A stretch of 64,000 bases of DNA from an uncultured Candidatus Saccharibacteria bacterium (GCA_964577565.1 CAZNZL010000002.1:10054-74053), one strand, 5' to 3'. Positions 41,547-52,045 are shown, counted from the first letter of the stretch. Translations and numbers: made by a program. The notes: generated by a model not told the origin, from the sequence alone.

Positions 41547-42608
41547 CTAGTTTTTATTATGTTTTGCTTCGTTATTGACGGGCGTCGGTTCACCGATATG
41601 CTGCTTAGTATGCTCTTTATTGGCCGCTTTCCGTGCCACTGCACGCATGTCATCGTATTGGTCAAACTCATCTAAGATTGGTTTACCAATAATCTTCTCT
41701 AGTACATCTTCCATGGTGACAAGGCCAACAACTTCTTCAAAATCGTTGACAACCAAAAACATATGATGGTGCGTTTTTAAAAAGGCTTGCAAGGCTTCAC
41801 TCAGCAAGCTTTCTTCATGGATAAAAAATATGTTTTTCTCCATGTTGTTTTTAACAAGACCACTGGCTCTCTTTTTTATTATGTTACGCAAATGTAGGAT
41901 GCCAACAAAGTTATCTTTTTTGCCCTCAAATACCGGAAAGCGCGAATGGCCACTCTTATGCAGCTCTTCCAGCAGCACAGGACCAACCGAGTCGCTGGCT
42001 GAAACGGTTTTCATGATTCGCTTTGGCGTATATATATCGCGCACCGTTAAATCACCAAAGGTTAAGGCGTTGCGCGCAATCAGTAGCTCGTCTTTTGAAA
42101 TTCGATTATCCAACTGGCCTTTCTGTTGACGCAGCAGATCTAATAAATCTTCTTTTGTATACAAACCGGTATGAATAGTAATTGGCCTATGCCTGTACAC
42201 GCTTTGTTCAATTTTGTGAAGAATTGGATAAAGCGTCTCTAACACAATATGTAAGGGGCGAGCGGTATACCTGGCTAATTGCTTTCCAAAATGTGTACCG
42301 TGTGTGTTGGGCAGCCAGGCAAAACCAAACCAAATAATTGAGGCAATGCCAAATATCGTTAGAAACATTGGGGTTACACGGGCAAGTAACGTAAACAAAA
42401 ATGCGGCGCTAAGCCCCACAAAAAACCACAGAAAAATATCTAAGCTTTTATTGTAGGCCACAACACGGTATAAGGCGTCTGCCAGCGTATCGCCCTCTCG
42501 TGCTCGGCGCTTTAGTTCTTTTGAAGAAATCTGTCTATACGTCTTTAATAACACAATACTAAAAAGCAGCACCGAAGCACTGAACAGAATAAGCAGCAAC
42601 ATGAGCAT
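41547..42608 (-). CDS. CNNM/DUF21 plus CBS-pair domain protein (hemolysin/CorC-like transporter)
   Basis: Four N-terminal TM helices (DUF21) followed by tandem CBS domains. Confidence 0.85.
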   Translation of the reverse strand: MLMLLLILFSASVLLFSIVLLKTYRQISSKELKRRAREGDTLADALYRVVAYNKSLDIFLWFFVGLSAAFLFTLLARVTPMFLTIFGIASIIWFGFAWLPNTHGTHFGKQLARYTARPLHIVLETLYPILHKIEQSVYRHRPITIHTGLYTKEDLLDLLRQQKGQLDNRISKDELLIARNALTFGDLTVRDIYTPKRIMKTVSASDSVGPVLLEELHKSGHSRFPVFEGKKDNFVGILHLRNIIKKRASGLVKNNMEKNIFFIHEESLLSEALQAFLKTHHHMFLVVNDFEEVVGLVTMEDVLEKIIGKPILDEFDQYDDMRAVARKAANKEHTKQHIGEPTPVNNEAKHNKN

Positions 42609-42700
42609 AGTTATATCTTACGTTTGTTGCAAAGAATTTTCAAAGCGGTGTATCGTCAGGTATCATATAGGTACAACCTAAAGGAGTATTAGATCTAACC

Positions 42701-43354
42701 ATGAGTAAGCGATTTTTAATCATTTTGGCCATATTAGTGCTTGGCTTTGTCGGCTTTGTTGTGTTTCAGGGCAACAAAAATGATAGTAACGGTAGCGGCA
42801 ATGGCGGTGACAGCGCTCAGGCAAGCGAGCACACCCTAGGCGCGGGTAATAAAAACGTTACCTTGGTAGAATATGGCGACTTTCAATGCCCGTCTTGCGC
42901 TGCTTACTTTCCGATTTTAAAAGAAGTGAAAGAAAAGTATGGTGATGATATTACGTTTCAGTTTAGGCATTTTCCCTTAACGCAAATTCACCCTAATGCC
43001 ATGGTAGCTCACCGTGCCGCCGAAGCAGCTTCTAAACAAAATAAGTTCTGGGAGATGCATGATGTACTCTACGAACGCCAACAAGCATGGGCCAGCTCCA
43101 ATAACGCCAACCAAATAGTAGAAGATTACGCTGCTGAACTGGGGCTTAACATCGATCAATTTAAGGCAGACTATCAAAGCAGTGACGTTAACGGCGTTAT
43201 CAACGCTGATATTGCTGCCGGCAATGCAAATAAAGTTTCTGGAACGCCAACCTTCATTCTCAACGGAGAAAAGATTGACAGCCCCGACCCATCAGTAGAG
43301 GCTTTTTCTAAGCTCATTGACGAAGCCATCAAAAAACAAGCAGAAAATAACTAA
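42701..43354 (+). CDS. DsbA family thiol:disulfide oxidoreductase
   Basis: Signal anchor and a CPSC active site in a thioredoxin fold. Confidence 0.85.
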   Translation: MSKRFLIILAILVLGFVGFVVFQGNKNDSNGSGNGGDSAQASEHTLGAGNKNVTLVEYGDFQCPSCAAYFPILKEVKEKYGDDITFQFRHFPLTQIHPNAMVAHRAAEAASKQNKFWEMHDVLYERQQAWASSNNANQIVEDYAAELGLNIDQFKADYQSSDVNGVINADIAAGNANKVSGTPTFILNGEKIDSPDPSVEAFSKLIDEAIKKQAENN

Positions 43355-43357
43355 TCG

Positions 43358-43873
43358 TTATTTTTTATCTGGCTTTTTGTTATTGCCAAGCGGGTTAGGG
43401 ACGGCTATTTCTGTATTTAAAATTGACTTTATGGCCGAGCCCGCCCTTCTAACACTGACGCGTCGAGATTTTTCTTCTTCAATCTTCTTTCTTAAACGCC
43501 TAATTGTAGCGTTATCTTGCAGATCTTCATGCATTTCTCGCGACTCTCTGTCAAGCAGGTCAAGGTCTTCATCTGAGAAGTTTTCTAAATCAATAAAAGC
43601 TTTGCGTGCAGATTTTGTTGAGCGAATCAGCTCATCGAGTTTCAGGTGCAAAGCTTTAGAATCACGATTTTGTGTATTCTGAATTAAGAACACCATTAAA
43701 AACGTGACGATGGTGGTGCCCGTATTAATAACCAGCTGCCAGGTATCAGAATAGCCAAAGGCAGGCCCTGATAACGCCCAAATAATAACTACACCAATTG
43801 CTAATAAGAAGGCGTTTGCCGTACCAGTGGCATACGAAATTTTGGCTGCAATTTTGCGAAAAAGTTCTTTCAT
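43358..43873 (-). CDS. Low-affinity iron permease family protein
   Basis: TFLMVFLIQNTQNRDSKALHLKLDELIR matches my memory of the PF04120-type signature. Confidence 0.65.
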   Translation of the reverse strand: MKELFRKIAAKISYATGTANAFLLAIGVVIIWALSGPAFGYSDTWQLVINTGTTIVTFLMVFLIQNTQNRDSKALHLKLDELIRSTKSARKAFIDLENFSDEDLDLLDRESREMHEDLQDNATIRRLRKKIEEEKSRRVSVRRAGSAIKSILNTEIAVPNPLGNNKKPDKK

Positions 43874-43946
43874 TTTGTTCTTTCTATTCCTTAATGTCTC
43901 GTTTCATTGTACAATAACCATGACCATAAAGAAAAATAAATAATCT

Positions 43947-45644
43947 ATGCACTCGAATGTCTTTACCGAAATCAGTATTGTTATAGCCCTAGGGGCACTC
44001 ATAGCGCTTGTTATGCGGGCATTGCGACAGCCTCTTATTATTGGACACATCATAACGGGCGTTATCGCCGGGCCGGCAATTGCAAACATTATTCATGCCG
44101 ATACTGCCTTTTTTGGGCTAAGTAATATTGGCGTTGCCCTGCTACTCTTTATTATTGGGTTAGATCTCAGTATGCGTGTCTTTTCGCGGCTGGGCAAAAC
44201 TGTCTTTATTACCTCTGTCGTGCAAATAGGTGTAGTTACGCTTATTGGCTACATTACGGCCTTGTCGATTGGATTTGGACGCCTCGAGTCAGCAATTCTT
44301 GGTCTCTCGCTTGCTATGAGCAGCACCATTATTATTGTTAAGTTATTAAATGACAAAAAAGAAACCACCCGCTTGTATGCTCAAATTGCCGTTGGTATCT
44401 TATTGGTACAAGACTTTGTTGCAACCGCTGCTAAAATTGGCCTTGCCCTTAAGTCGTCGGGTGAAAGCTCGTTTGATGACTTAATAACCCTGGGCATAAA
44501 AGGTATCGCGGTAACGCTATTTTTAATTTTGGGCTCGAAGCTTTTGGTGCCAAAAATTACCCGCGCCCTCGAAAGCTCTAAAGAATTGCTCCTTATATTC
44601 TCGCTTGGGTGGGGCCTCGGCTTTGCCGCGTTGTTTGAACAAGCTGGCTTTTCAATTGAAATTGGGGCTTTATTTGCTGGCGTCAGTCTGGCTAGCTTCC
44701 CCTTTAGTAGTGAAATGGCATCACGACTGAAACCACTGCGAGATTTCTTTATTGTGATTTTCTTTATAACGCTTGGCCAGGCCATGACGCCGGACACCAT
44801 AATGAACATCTTGCCATTGGCGCTCGTCCTTAGTTTTGTCGTCATTATTATCAAGCCCTTAAGCATCCTGGCAACGATGGGCGGTATTGGCTACACCAAA
44901 CGTGCCAGCTTTAAGGCGGCTATTTCAATGAGTCAAATTAGCGAACTCTCGCTTGTCTTTATGGCAGCAGCATTAACCTCTGGGTATGTATCACAAACCG
45001 CTGCCGCCACCTTAAGTCTGGTGGCTCTCTTAACCTTTGCAGCCTCAACCTACCTTATTAAATATGACAATAAGCTTTATAGCGTACTCGAACACAAGCT
45101 CCGATTTTTTGAGCGCAAAAAAACTACGTTCGAGCAAGAATCTACCTTAAAAAGCCACTCTATTATCTTATTCGGGTACCGCAAGGGCGGGCACGAATTT
45201 CTTAAAACCTTCAAATCAATGGGCAAACGATACTTGGTTGTTGATTACGACCCTGATGTTATTGACACCCTCGAGCGCAAGCAAGAGCCGTATCTCTATG
45301 GTGATGCCACTGACCCCGAGTTGCTTGAGGAGATGTGTCTTGATCGAGCCAAGTTAGTAGTTTCAACCGTTACCGACTACAACACAAATCTGTTTTTAGC
45401 TCATTGGTTGGCAAATCATAACCCGCAAGCCGTGTTTGTTTGTTCGGCCGATAATGCTCAGGCTGCCTCCGACCTTTACACCGATGGCGCTTCATACGTC
45501 ATGATGCCCCATTATATCGGGAGTGAAAAAATCAGTTCATTTATTAAGCGCAATGGCTTTAGTAAGACTGAATTTAAACACTATCGTGAGAAACATCTTT
45601 TATATCTACAAAGCCACTTTGAGATGCCAGAAACAGAGAGTTAG
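43947..45644 (+). CDS. Cation:proton antiporter (CPA2/Kef type) with a C-terminal RCK/TrkA-N domain
   Basis: About 12 TM helices followed by the Rossmann-like segment ILFGYRKGGHEF...VVDYDPD. Confidence 0.85.
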   Translation: MHSNVFTEISIVIALGALIALVMRALRQPLIIGHIITGVIAGPAIANIIHADTAFFGLSNIGVALLLFIIGLDLSMRVFSRLGKTVFITSVVQIGVVTLIGYITALSIGFGRLESAILGLSLAMSSTIIIVKLLNDKKETTRLYAQIAVGILLVQDFVATAAKIGLALKSSGESSFDDLITLGIKGIAVTLFLILGSKLLVPKITRALESSKELLLIFSLGWGLGFAALFEQAGFSIEIGALFAGVSLASFPFSSEMASRLKPLRDFFIVIFFITLGQAMTPDTIMNILPLALVLSFVVIIIKPLSILATMGGIGYTKRASFKAAISMSQISELSLVFMAAALTSGYVSQTAAATLSLVALLTFAASTYLIKYDNKLYSVLEHKLRFFERKKTTFEQESTLKSHSIILFGYRKGGHEFLKTFKSMGKRYLVVDYDPDVIDTLERKQEPYLYGDATDPELLEEMCLDRAKLVVSTVTDYNTNLFLAHWLANHNPQAVFVCSADNAQAASDLYTDGASYVMMPHYIGSEKISSFIKRNGFSKTEFKHYREKHLLYLQSHFEMPETES

Positions 45645-46996
45645 CTCTTTTTATATTTTTTACCCAAGTACAACCCGACACCAAGCCAAAACAGCGTAAT
45701 AATTGCGGCCGTAATAAACGCAAAGCGATTGCCAAATTCATGAATAATAATGAGTGAGGTTGCGGTTACAATACCGCCGCCCATAAATGGTTCAAAAATT
45801 AACTGTTTATAAGAAAATGCCTCGCGGGCGCGGGCACCATTGCCAGGGTCGGCCAAGCGCTGCATGAGCAATCCGGTAGCGGTCATACCCATTGACTGAC
45901 CGGTATTGGTAATCCCTTTTTCAAACCAATGGTCAGCAAACATCCGTGGTGCCAAAAAGATAAAGACGCTCAGTATCCAAACCACCCCGGCAATTGCAAA
46001 CGTAAAAAATAGTGCCAGATTATTGTTAATGGCGTTGAGTGACACCGTTGCAATAGAGCTTACAATTAAAACATCGAGCGCTAGGGTGCTAAAAATCTCT
46101 GCTGTCCGTCTTTGGATAAGCGTTTGCTTATTAAGCTTGCGGAGGATCAGCTGAACGACAAGACCACCCAACATAGCTAATGGAAAGAGCGGAAGATACT
46201 TGAAGAAACGGAGATCAGTATAATTAGCAAGTACAGCATTTTCCAGCCCAATTAATGATCGTAACATTACCCAGCCTAAGCCGATTGAAACTGCAAAGGC
46301 CAGCGAGTTTATAACGACGGCTTTGGGGTTAGTTTCTATTTTTCTGGCAAGCGTAACAAGGTTATAGCCGCTTCTAATAAGTTTGCGACGCTGTTCATCG
46401 CGCGTTTCTTTGTCAACTGTGTGACCTGTAATCTTATGATGCCAGTTTATTAAAAACATACCACTTAAGACGGCAGCAATAATGCTAAAGGTGGCGAGCG
46501 CCAAGGCAACATCCTTGCCCTCACTCCAGCCAAGCTCTTCAAAAACCGGTGTCAAACCAGCCACGGTACCATGTCCGCCCTCAAAGCTAATTTCAATCAA
46601 TGCTCCGGCAAGAGGGTTCGTTCCAAACACGGGCGCAAGGAACAGGACAGTCAGACCAATACCAAGTACATACTGGCCCCACGCTAAAGTATTACCAAAC
46701 GCAATCATTGGCCCACCTTGTCTCCATATATCTTTAAGTGGCGGTATGACTCTACCTAAAAATAGTCCCGCAAAAACAATATTAATAAGAAACTTAGGGA
46801 ATGTTGCCCAGTGTTCAGTAATGCCGCTTGGAATCGTTTCTAACACCTGCGGGCCAAGCACCAACCCCATCACTCCTGCCACCAAACAACTCGGTATGAA
46901 GAGGTTTTGCAAGACGTCAGAGCCGCGCTTAATAAAACGGGCAAATACCAACAATATGGCCAGCACAACAATACTTTCCAAAAACGAACCCTGCAT
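45641..46996 (-). CDS. Sodium/glutamate symporter-like polytopic membrane protein
   Basis: 451 aa with about 12 TM helices and a GltS-like N-terminus. Weak assignment. Confidence 0.5.
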   Translation of the reverse strand: MQGSFLESIVVLAILLVFARFIKRGSDVLQNLFIPSCLVAGVMGLVLGPQVLETIPSGITEHWATFPKFLINIVFAGLFLGRVIPPLKDIWRQGGPMIAFGNTLAWGQYVLGIGLTVLFLAPVFGTNPLAGALIEISFEGGHGTVAGLTPVFEELGWSEGKDVALALATFSIIAAVLSGMFLINWHHKITGHTVDKETRDEQRRKLIRSGYNLVTLARKIETNPKAVVINSLAFAVSIGLGWVMLRSLIGLENAVLANYTDLRFFKYLPLFPLAMLGGLVVQLILRKLNKQTLIQRRTAEIFSTLALDVLIVSSIATVSLNAINNNLALFFTFAIAGVVWILSVFIFLAPRMFADHWFEKGITNTGQSMGMTATGLLMQRLADPGNGARAREAFSYKQLIFEPFMGGGIVTATSLIIIHEFGNRFAFITAAIITLFWLGVGLYLGKKYKKS

Positions 46997-47029
46997 CCTT
47001 ACTAGTATAAAGAATTAGCACTTTGGTTG

Positions 47030-47614
47030 CTAATAGATTTGGTTTTTGAGAATGTACTTCAACGTATCTCGATGCACGTATTCGCTGTAGCCAGTATTGG
47101 CAATTTCAGTTCTGATTTTTGATGACGAAATGGGCGACCACACTGCCGGTAGCAATTTGTAGCGCAGCTCTTTATGTTCTTTTTGAAGCTCTTTAAGGTG
47201 CTTACGCGCCGTTTGTTCGTCTTCATTATTTCTAAGAACGACGCAAAAGCTAAAGTTTTTAATAAGCACACTAACATGCGGCCAATCTTTAATGTGCTCT
47301 AACACGTCTGAGCCAAGCATGTAGTAATAGTCGCTTTCGGGGAACTGTTGCCGTAGTACCGTCAGGGCGCTATTAGCAGTAATACGCTCGGCCTCAGTAT
47401 CAATAAGACGAATACTCGGGTGATGCTGCAGGGCCAGGTCAACCATAGCCAATCGTTGTTTATATGAAGTAACGCCTGTTTTTCTTCGTGGCTTCTTCTC
47501 AATCATGACCGTAACAACGTCCAGCTCGCACGCTGCCCGACCTACCAGACAAACCTCGAGATGAGCTATATGAAACGGGTCGAACGTCCCGCTAAAAACA
47601 CCGACTCGTTTCAT
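47030..47614 (-). CDS. nadD: Nicotinate-nucleotide adenylyltransferase
   Basis: GVFSGTFDPFHIAHL (HxGH-type motif) and ISSSKIR. Confidence 0.85.
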   Translation of the reverse strand: MKRVGVFSGTFDPFHIAHLEVCLVGRAACELDVVTVMIEKKPRRKTGVTSYKQRLAMVDLALQHHPSIRLIDTEAERITANSALTVLRQQFPESDYYYMLGSDVLEHIKDWPHVSVLIKNFSFCVVLRNNEDEQTARKHLKELQKEHKELRYKLLPAVWSPISSSKIRTEIANTGYSEYVHRDTLKYILKNQIY

Positions 47615-48333
47615 TTGCTATACGGCACGTTAAGCAAGCGCAGAAGCTCTTTGGTTTCGGTACGGTGATTACGATTGATGTAATCAGTGGTTGCAAAGAC
47701 CAATAAAGCGCTCCCTATCATTTCAAGACCTTCTTCAAAAGCGGTCACAAGCGTAGTGTACGTCCAGCTATTGGGGTTCATACCACTACTCAGGATTTCA
47801 ATCCCGACTGAACCTGCAAAATAAACGACACCGGCAATACACATTAAACGAAATGTTCGTTGCGGCAGGGTTTTATAAATATAGGCAAGTAACGTCAATG
47901 CCCCGGCAGCAATAAAGGGCAGAATGACAAGCCAGGCATTCTTGCCCACACTTGTCCCAGCAGCCCCCCACAACTTAACGTGTATGGTTTGAATAACAAA
48001 CTCGTGCAAGCGAGCCACCTCGTCAAGTGATACTAGTACGGTGCCTGCACTCAAAAGATACCAAACACGCTTTAACTTTTTTGTTTCTGATAGTCGGGCC
48101 GCAACAAACGCAAAAATACTACCAAGAATAAGAATAAACTGCGAGTACCACGTGGGCACGCTGGCTTCATCGTCTACGTCAAGCCGATTCGAAAACTCTA
48201 AAAAGGTTGGCATGTTTGGCCAGGTTACAAAATTGATCGTTTGCACAACCATGTGAACTACTAATAAAATGGCAATGATGTAGGATAGGTTTTTTAGGAG
48301 TCGGTAGGTCCAAAGTGTTTTAAATTTATTCAT
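47611..48333 (-). CDS. Hypothetical polytopic membrane protein (240 aa)
   Basis: Six or seven hydrophobic segments. Overlaps nadD by 4 nt. Confidence 0.6.
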   Translation of the reverse strand: MNKFKTLWTYRLLKNLSYIIAILLVVHMVVQTINFVTWPNMPTFLEFSNRLDVDDEASVPTWYSQFILILGSIFAFVAARLSETKKLKRVWYLLSAGTVLVSLDEVARLHEFVIQTIHVKLWGAAGTSVGKNAWLVILPFIAAGALTLLAYIYKTLPQRTFRLMCIAGVVYFAGSVGIEILSSGMNPNSWTYTTLVTAFEEGLEMIGSALLVFATTDYINRNHRTETKELLRLLNVPYSK

Positions 48334-48371
48334 CGAGGGCTGCTCTTTTTTCTTTTATGATACTACGCATC

Positions 48372-48542
48372 TTAGTCATCCAAGGCTATTCCCTCACAGC
48401 ATTTGGTGGGCAGTTTGCATTCAGGGCACATGAAGTGCCCGTGAACTGGCTCTATTGGGTAGTGACCGCAATTGTCACAAAAAAATTCTGGCGCCCGCTC
48501 TTTGGCAAGCGATTCGTATAGTTCATCTTTTTGTGCCGCCAT
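48372..48542 (-). CDS. Small zinc-ribbon protein (56 aa), below the ORF-track cut-off
   Basis: Hand translation: MAAQKDELYESLAKERAPEFFCDNCGHYPIEPVHGHFMCPECKLPTKCCEGIALDD (CxxC...CxxC). It lies 22 nt downstream of the 48564-49943 gene. Confidence 0.4.
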   Translation of the reverse strand: MAAQKDELYESLAKERAPEFFCDNCGHYPIEPVHGHFMCPECKLPTKCCEGIALDD

Positions 48543-48563
48543 AGTAAACCATTATACTGCAAG

Positions 48564-49943
48564 TTAGCACTTAACACTTACCCCACACGTTGTGCAGTGT
48601 GATATTAGTTTGTTTCGGGGTCGCCTATTGGTATGACCCTTTGGGCATTTAAACGTTAAGGATCCGTATTTATCTTCGCCCGCTTTAGACTCAGTTGAAT
48701 CTGTTTGATTAAAAGCCGTGCTATCAATTTCGCTTTGGCGGCTTACGCCAGACGGGCATGAGCTAGAGTCAGCTGTTCTGATGGCATTAGCTTCTGCCTG
48801 GTTAGCTAGCTGCTCGTTGCCCTGCTTGTGATAAAAACGCGCTTGCTCAATGTAGCTTGCAGCCACATCCCCAAACACGTTTGCATCAATTGTTTTATCC
48901 TTGACTGCGCGTTGTACCATTTGCCGCTCCGACAACACTGCCAGCCGCTCAATCGCTTGCAACTGGGTCGAAAAACTGACAGCTTCTTGGATGAGTTGCC
49001 GGGTTACTGCTTGAACATCGCTACTAAAACTTTTGCGCCGTTCATCGCAAAACGCTCTATAGGCAAGATAGTCTTGCTGGGGTTTCGCTTCACCAAAGAA
49101 CGTGCCTCCAGCGCAATCATCAAACAGCTTCACTAAATCAATCACACCGTTCGACATCAACGATTTAGGAATCAGCAGGGGCCTGTCTAATATTTCTGCG
49201 GCCGTCATGCCGTGATAGTCAATCCCTAAAACGGCCGCTAATTTAACAATTGTTTGTACATCGTGGCGCTGCGCGTTTGGTTCTGCCCTCCCGGCTAAAA
49301 AGGCCGACTCAATTGACACCGAATCCCTTTCAGAAGTTGTTGCCTGAATGGCCATTGTTTTAGTCTCTGCAAAAAAACCCGCATTTTTCAGTTCTTCATC
49401 AGTCATATCGTCTGGTGCTAATGAAAACACCACCATAAAGTTATCTCTCAACTTGCCTTGAGAATCTAAAAACGTAATGCGGTCAGCGTTTCGTGTTTCT
49501 GCCTCAGCGCGCGGACGCATTTTTGACCCTTGATTAGTTAGCCGTAAGGTGTTTGCATAAATATCGCTATACAATTGGCCATGCTGAATTAGCTCACCAT
49601 CTTTACGCTTACGCAGATAGTATTTACTGACCTCGCCGGTCTTAAGTACACGCTCAGAAAAATCTGAGCCTACATTAACAGCCACCATCGCCACAGCTTC
49701 TTTATCACCCTTCTCAGCGCGTTTGATTGCACTCAAAAGGCTATCGTTAGAAACCGGCTCATCAACAACTTCACTATTCAGCGCAACACAGCCAATAGAG
49801 CGAATTTGTAGTTCTGTCTTTTGTCGCAGGATTTCATCTTCTGCCAGCTCAGAAATAACAATCGCATTAGCGCTATGTACTAAACGCAAACGAGCGCTTT
49901 GCGCTTGTTCAATCTCATAGCCTTCCGCTATCTGTACTGACAT
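48564..49943 (-). CDS. Hypothetical protein with a C-terminal zinc ribbon (459 aa from MSVQIAEG)
   Basis: SD GAGGG lies 7 nt upstream of the ATG at 49943. The C-terminus is KCPKGHTNRRPRNKLISHCTTCGVSVKC. Confidence 0.65.
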   Translation of the reverse strand: MSVQIAEGYEIEQAQSARLRLVHSANAIVISELAEDEILRQKTELQIRSIGCVALNSEVVDEPVSNDSLLSAIKRAEKGDKEAVAMVAVNVGSDFSERVLKTGEVSKYYLRKRKDGELIQHGQLYSDIYANTLRLTNQGSKMRPRAEAETRNADRITFLDSQGKLRDNFMVVFSLAPDDMTDEELKNAGFFAETKTMAIQATTSERDSVSIESAFLAGRAEPNAQRHDVQTIVKLAAVLGIDYHGMTAAEILDRPLLIPKSLMSNGVIDLVKLFDDCAGGTFFGEAKPQQDYLAYRAFCDERRKSFSSDVQAVTRQLIQEAVSFSTQLQAIERLAVLSERQMVQRAVKDKTIDANVFGDVAASYIEQARFYHKQGNEQLANQAEANAIRTADSSSCPSGVSRQSEIDSTAFNQTDSTESKAGEDKYGSLTFKCPKGHTNRRPRNKLISHCTTCGVSVKC

Positions 49944-50316
49944 TAAAATACCCTCGCTTGTAAGTCTCAAGCAGGGTATACATATCACGTTTGTTGCTCC
50001 TGCTCGGGAGACCCCGCAGTACAAAATACTTTGGGGCATGCTTATAACTGTATCGGGCTTAGCATTTTTTCACTCTTAAGAAAAGAGCAGCGAGCTTGTT
50101 TTTACTTTGCAAAAATCTGCTTCTGCTGACGAGCGATGAGAAAAACCGTAATGGGGTTCCAAAAAATTGAAGATTTTTTGGGGTATGTAGGTTTGTCTCA
50201 TTACATTACCGTTGCGGCACAGCATAGGAATTTCACCTATTTCCAGTTTCTTATTGTTAAGTACTAGTAGTTTACCATAACCACGCTACACCACATGTAG
50301 TAGTATTATCACCAAT

Positions 50317-51114
50317 TTAATGCAGTAGAGCTGCCAGCAAAATGCCAATCCCTAAAACAATCCGGTAATAGGCAAATAAACGTAGCCCGTGTTTACTTAA
50401 AAAGCTAATAAGAAACGTAATGGCAACGATGCCGCTTATAAGCGCAGCGCCGATTCCAAACAAAAAAACTACGGTGTCATCCTTAATCTGTGACAAACCT
50501 TCACTACTTGTCATGGTTTTTAGTAGGGCCCCAAACGTTATGGGAATACCAAGCAAAAACGAAAACCGTGTTGCCGCTACGCGATCCATACCACCTAATA
50601 AGCCGGCCGTTATGGTGCTGCCCGAGCGTGATATGCCAGGAATAATGGCCAGTGCTTGCGCAAAACCCATGAGCATGGCTTGTTTGGGCTGCACCTTTTC
50701 AAACGCCGTCGACTCTTGACGGCGTCTATACTGCCGCTCAGCTATAAGCATAATAATGGCAATGACGATTAAATTAAACGCTACGAGTGTAGTAGAGCGG
50801 AACGTGTCTTTGGCAAAATCTTCAAGTAGCGCTCCAACAACGATTGCAGGCATAGTCGCTACGGCCAATAAACGGGTAAGACGTGCTTCGTCAGTGTCGG
50901 TTATCGCTGCTCGAATAAGCCGTACAATGTCTCGCCAAAAAAATATAACCAGCGCAAGTAGCGTGCCCGCGTGTAGCGCCACATCAAAGGCCAATGTACC
51001 GGTGCCCATCCCAAACAATTTTTCAGTCAAGATTAAATGGCCCGAACTTGATACGGGCAAAAACTCTGTTAAACCCTGCACAATGCCCAGTACGATTGCC
51101 TCAAGTATGCTCAC
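50317..51114 (-). CDS. uppP: Undecaprenyl-diphosphate phosphatase
   Basis: GLTEFLPVSSSGHL and PGISRSGSTI motifs. Confidence 0.9.
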   Translation of the reverse strand: MSILEAIVLGIVQGLTEFLPVSSSGHLILTEKLFGMGTGTLAFDVALHAGTLLALVIFFWRDIVRLIRAAITDTDEARLTRLLAVATMPAIVVGALLEDFAKDTFRSTTLVAFNLIVIAIIMLIAERQYRRRQESTAFEKVQPKQAMLMGFAQALAIIPGISRSGSTITAGLLGGMDRVAATRFSFLLGIPITFGALLKTMTSSEGLSQIKDDTVVFLFGIGAALISGIVAITFLISFLSKHGLRLFAYYRIVLGIGILLAALLH

Positions 51115-51566
51115 TTAGCCTTGCCCTTCAGCTGGGTGAGGCGTGGAATAAAACTGTTAGCCGCTCCATCAAAACCCATAATTTTTAATGCGCCTACCAA
51201 AACATATAGGCGATCAATGTCTTGTTGGCTTGGTGCCTGATCTTGCTCGACGTTTACAAAGTAAAACTCTACTTTTTTAACAAGCCACTTCTCTTCTTTG
51301 GCGGTTACTTCGTTAGATTTTATCGGCTCAATTTGCGCATCAACCGGCTCAAGCGACCGGGCAGCGTGGTCCCGCTTTACTAAGTGGCCGCGCTTTACCA
51401 AATTATTAATATGGAGCGCCACCGTTGCCACAGAGTTATAATTCATACCATCTTTGATTTCACGGTAACTGGGGCTATAACCGTGTTGAGCAATAAAACC
51501 GGCAATAAAATCAAGTAGTGCTTTCTGTTTTTTGGTAGGCCTGGTTGCGGAAGGTTGTTGATCCAT
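51111..51566 (-). CDS. LexA-type winged-helix DNA-binding protein without an S24 peptidase domain
   Basis: KKQKALLDFIAGFIAQHGYSPSYREIKDGMNYNSVATVALHINNLVKRGHL matches the LexA N-terminal domain. The C-terminal 70 aa are unrelated to S24. Confidence 0.7.
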   Translation of the reverse strand: MDQQPSATRPTKKQKALLDFIAGFIAQHGYSPSYREIKDGMNYNSVATVALHINNLVKRGHLVKRDHAARSLEPVDAQIEPIKSNEVTAKEEKWLVKKVEFYFVNVEQDQAPSQQDIDRLYVLVGALKIMGFDGAANSFIPRLTQLKGKAK

Positions 51567-52045
51567 TAGCGGCTCCTCTTTACGGGTTTACGGCGCACCG
51601 AGCGTGGGCGCTTTAAAGCCGGAGCGGCGGCGCGGCGCGGCTTGGGTGAAGCGTGGCGTGCAAAGACCCATAATCGGTACCATGCATAATTCCACACCGT
51701 AAAAAAGCCGGCAGAAATAAATTGCCCAATATAGGGCGTGATGCCCAGCCTGCTTAAGCCCCAGACAATAGCAGTGTCAATTGCTAAGTTAACTACCGAA
51801 AGCAGTACATAGCGCGTGGTAACTTTATCGAGTGATTTTCGTGCGTCTTTACTGTCAAATACCCAAAAGCGCTCTAAAATAAAGTTAACGGCTAGTCCAA
51901 AACTATACGAGATGATCTTGGCCGGCACAATGTCCAAACCAAACACGCTATAACAAAGCGCAAACATGGCATATCCCGACCAAAACCACGCCCCGCCCGT
52001 AACAAGGTATTCAAAAATTCGTTTTAGTTCTTTTTTCTTTTTCAT
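51566..52045 (-). CDS. GtrA family membrane protein
   Basis: Four TM helices with YLVTGGAWFWSGYAMF...WVF motifs and a basic tail. Confidence 0.8.
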   Translation of the reverse strand: MKKKKELKRIFEYLVTGGAWFWSGYAMFALCYSVFGLDIVPAKIISYSFGLAVNFILERFWVFDSKDARKSLDKVTTRYVLLSVVNLAIDTAIVWGLSRLGITPYIGQFISAGFFTVWNYAWYRLWVFARHASPKPRRAAAPALKRPRSVRRKPVKRSR

